A DNA stretch of 64,000 bases from Euprymna scolopes (Eukaryota): assembly GCA_053919585.1 (NCBI GenBank), contig CM132791.1. One strand, written 5' to 3'. Positions within the stretch are counted from its first letter, which is position 1, and each line of letters begins with the position of its first letter. The position numbers and the translations under genes were made by a program. The notes beneath the pieces were generated by a model. It saw only the letters and a list, made by a program, of their open reading frames with translations. It had not been told where the DNA came from and ran no database searches. This document shows, piece by piece, positions 63,222 through 64,000 of this stretch.

Positions 63222-64000
63222 AATATATTATAAAAAGTTAAAAGTTAAACTGTGTGTGTTAGAGATGGGGCAAAGAGGGATATTGAATATACCTGTTTTC
63301 AAGTACAAACATTAAAAGAAAATGTAATAATAAATAAAGCAATTTCAATCTGAAACAATTAAATTGTGTAAGACAGAAAAAAGAAAAGAAAACACAAATG
63401 AATTGATAATTAAATGAACGTTAAGACGAAGAAAAGTTATCGCATATCGCAACAAAATCGAACATACACACAAACACACGCATGCACAAACTAAAATAAA
63501 TACCATTTGCTGAGGAAAATACGCACAGTCAGAGAGAGATAGGGGAGGAGTAACCTCTTTAACACACCAAGTTGATCCTGTCGTATCTAAGAGGATAGCA
63601 GTCCGACAGCTAGGATGTATTTATATTATCGACAAATAGAAATAGAAAAGGTAGTCTTATATTGCATAGTGTATGTTAAAGTTGCAAATGTAAGCATAAT
63701 GTTAAATCTGTTCCATGGTAAAGAAACCTGACCGTAAGGGCTGTGTAGTTTTTGGTTGATATTTTAACGACGACGACGAAGGAGATTTTTATAATTGATA
63801 GCGTGATTTAAACTTAGTAAAAGAAAGCATGTAAACTGTTTATGGAACCCTGTTTAATTATTTCCTCTCTTTTGCATTTGCTATCTTACATAACTGAAAT
63901 GACAGATGCATTAAATGAACCTAACGCCAGGCGAAATAATAAGTGACGCCATATTCTAAATTTATTAACCGTTCGTTTATAAAGCGGAGAACTGGATTCT

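Overview
AT-rich, microsatellite-dense eukaryotic DNA, most likely from an invertebrate animal, with nine short N-gaps of about 130-180 bp. No host protein-coding gene can be supported; the window is a patchwork of transposable elements. It holds CR1/L2-type, Ingi/Vingi-type and R4/Dong-type LINE remnants, Tc1, mariner and Merlin DNA transposon remnants, Helentron-like non-autonomous elements, tRNA- and 5S-derived SINEs, two decayed Gypsy-type LTR elements and two Penelope-like elements (one with an open ~480-codon RT+GIY-YIG frame). Four observations stand out. (1) A very young, entirely non-coding 6-kb LTR element (27542-33555) has a 46-nt tRNA-His-complementary primer-binding region, a duplicated hairpin+PPT and an internal tRNA-Lys-like sequence. 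(2) Short elements join a tRNA-type Pol III head to a Penelope-type hammerhead ribozyme tail (18925-19310, 2560-2715). (3) A Penelope carries intact-looking hammerheads with a ~70-nt loop II. (4) A highly structured 377-bp tandem unit lies at 49.2-50.0 kb. All calls come from reading motifs by eye. Boundaries of decayed elements are approximate.
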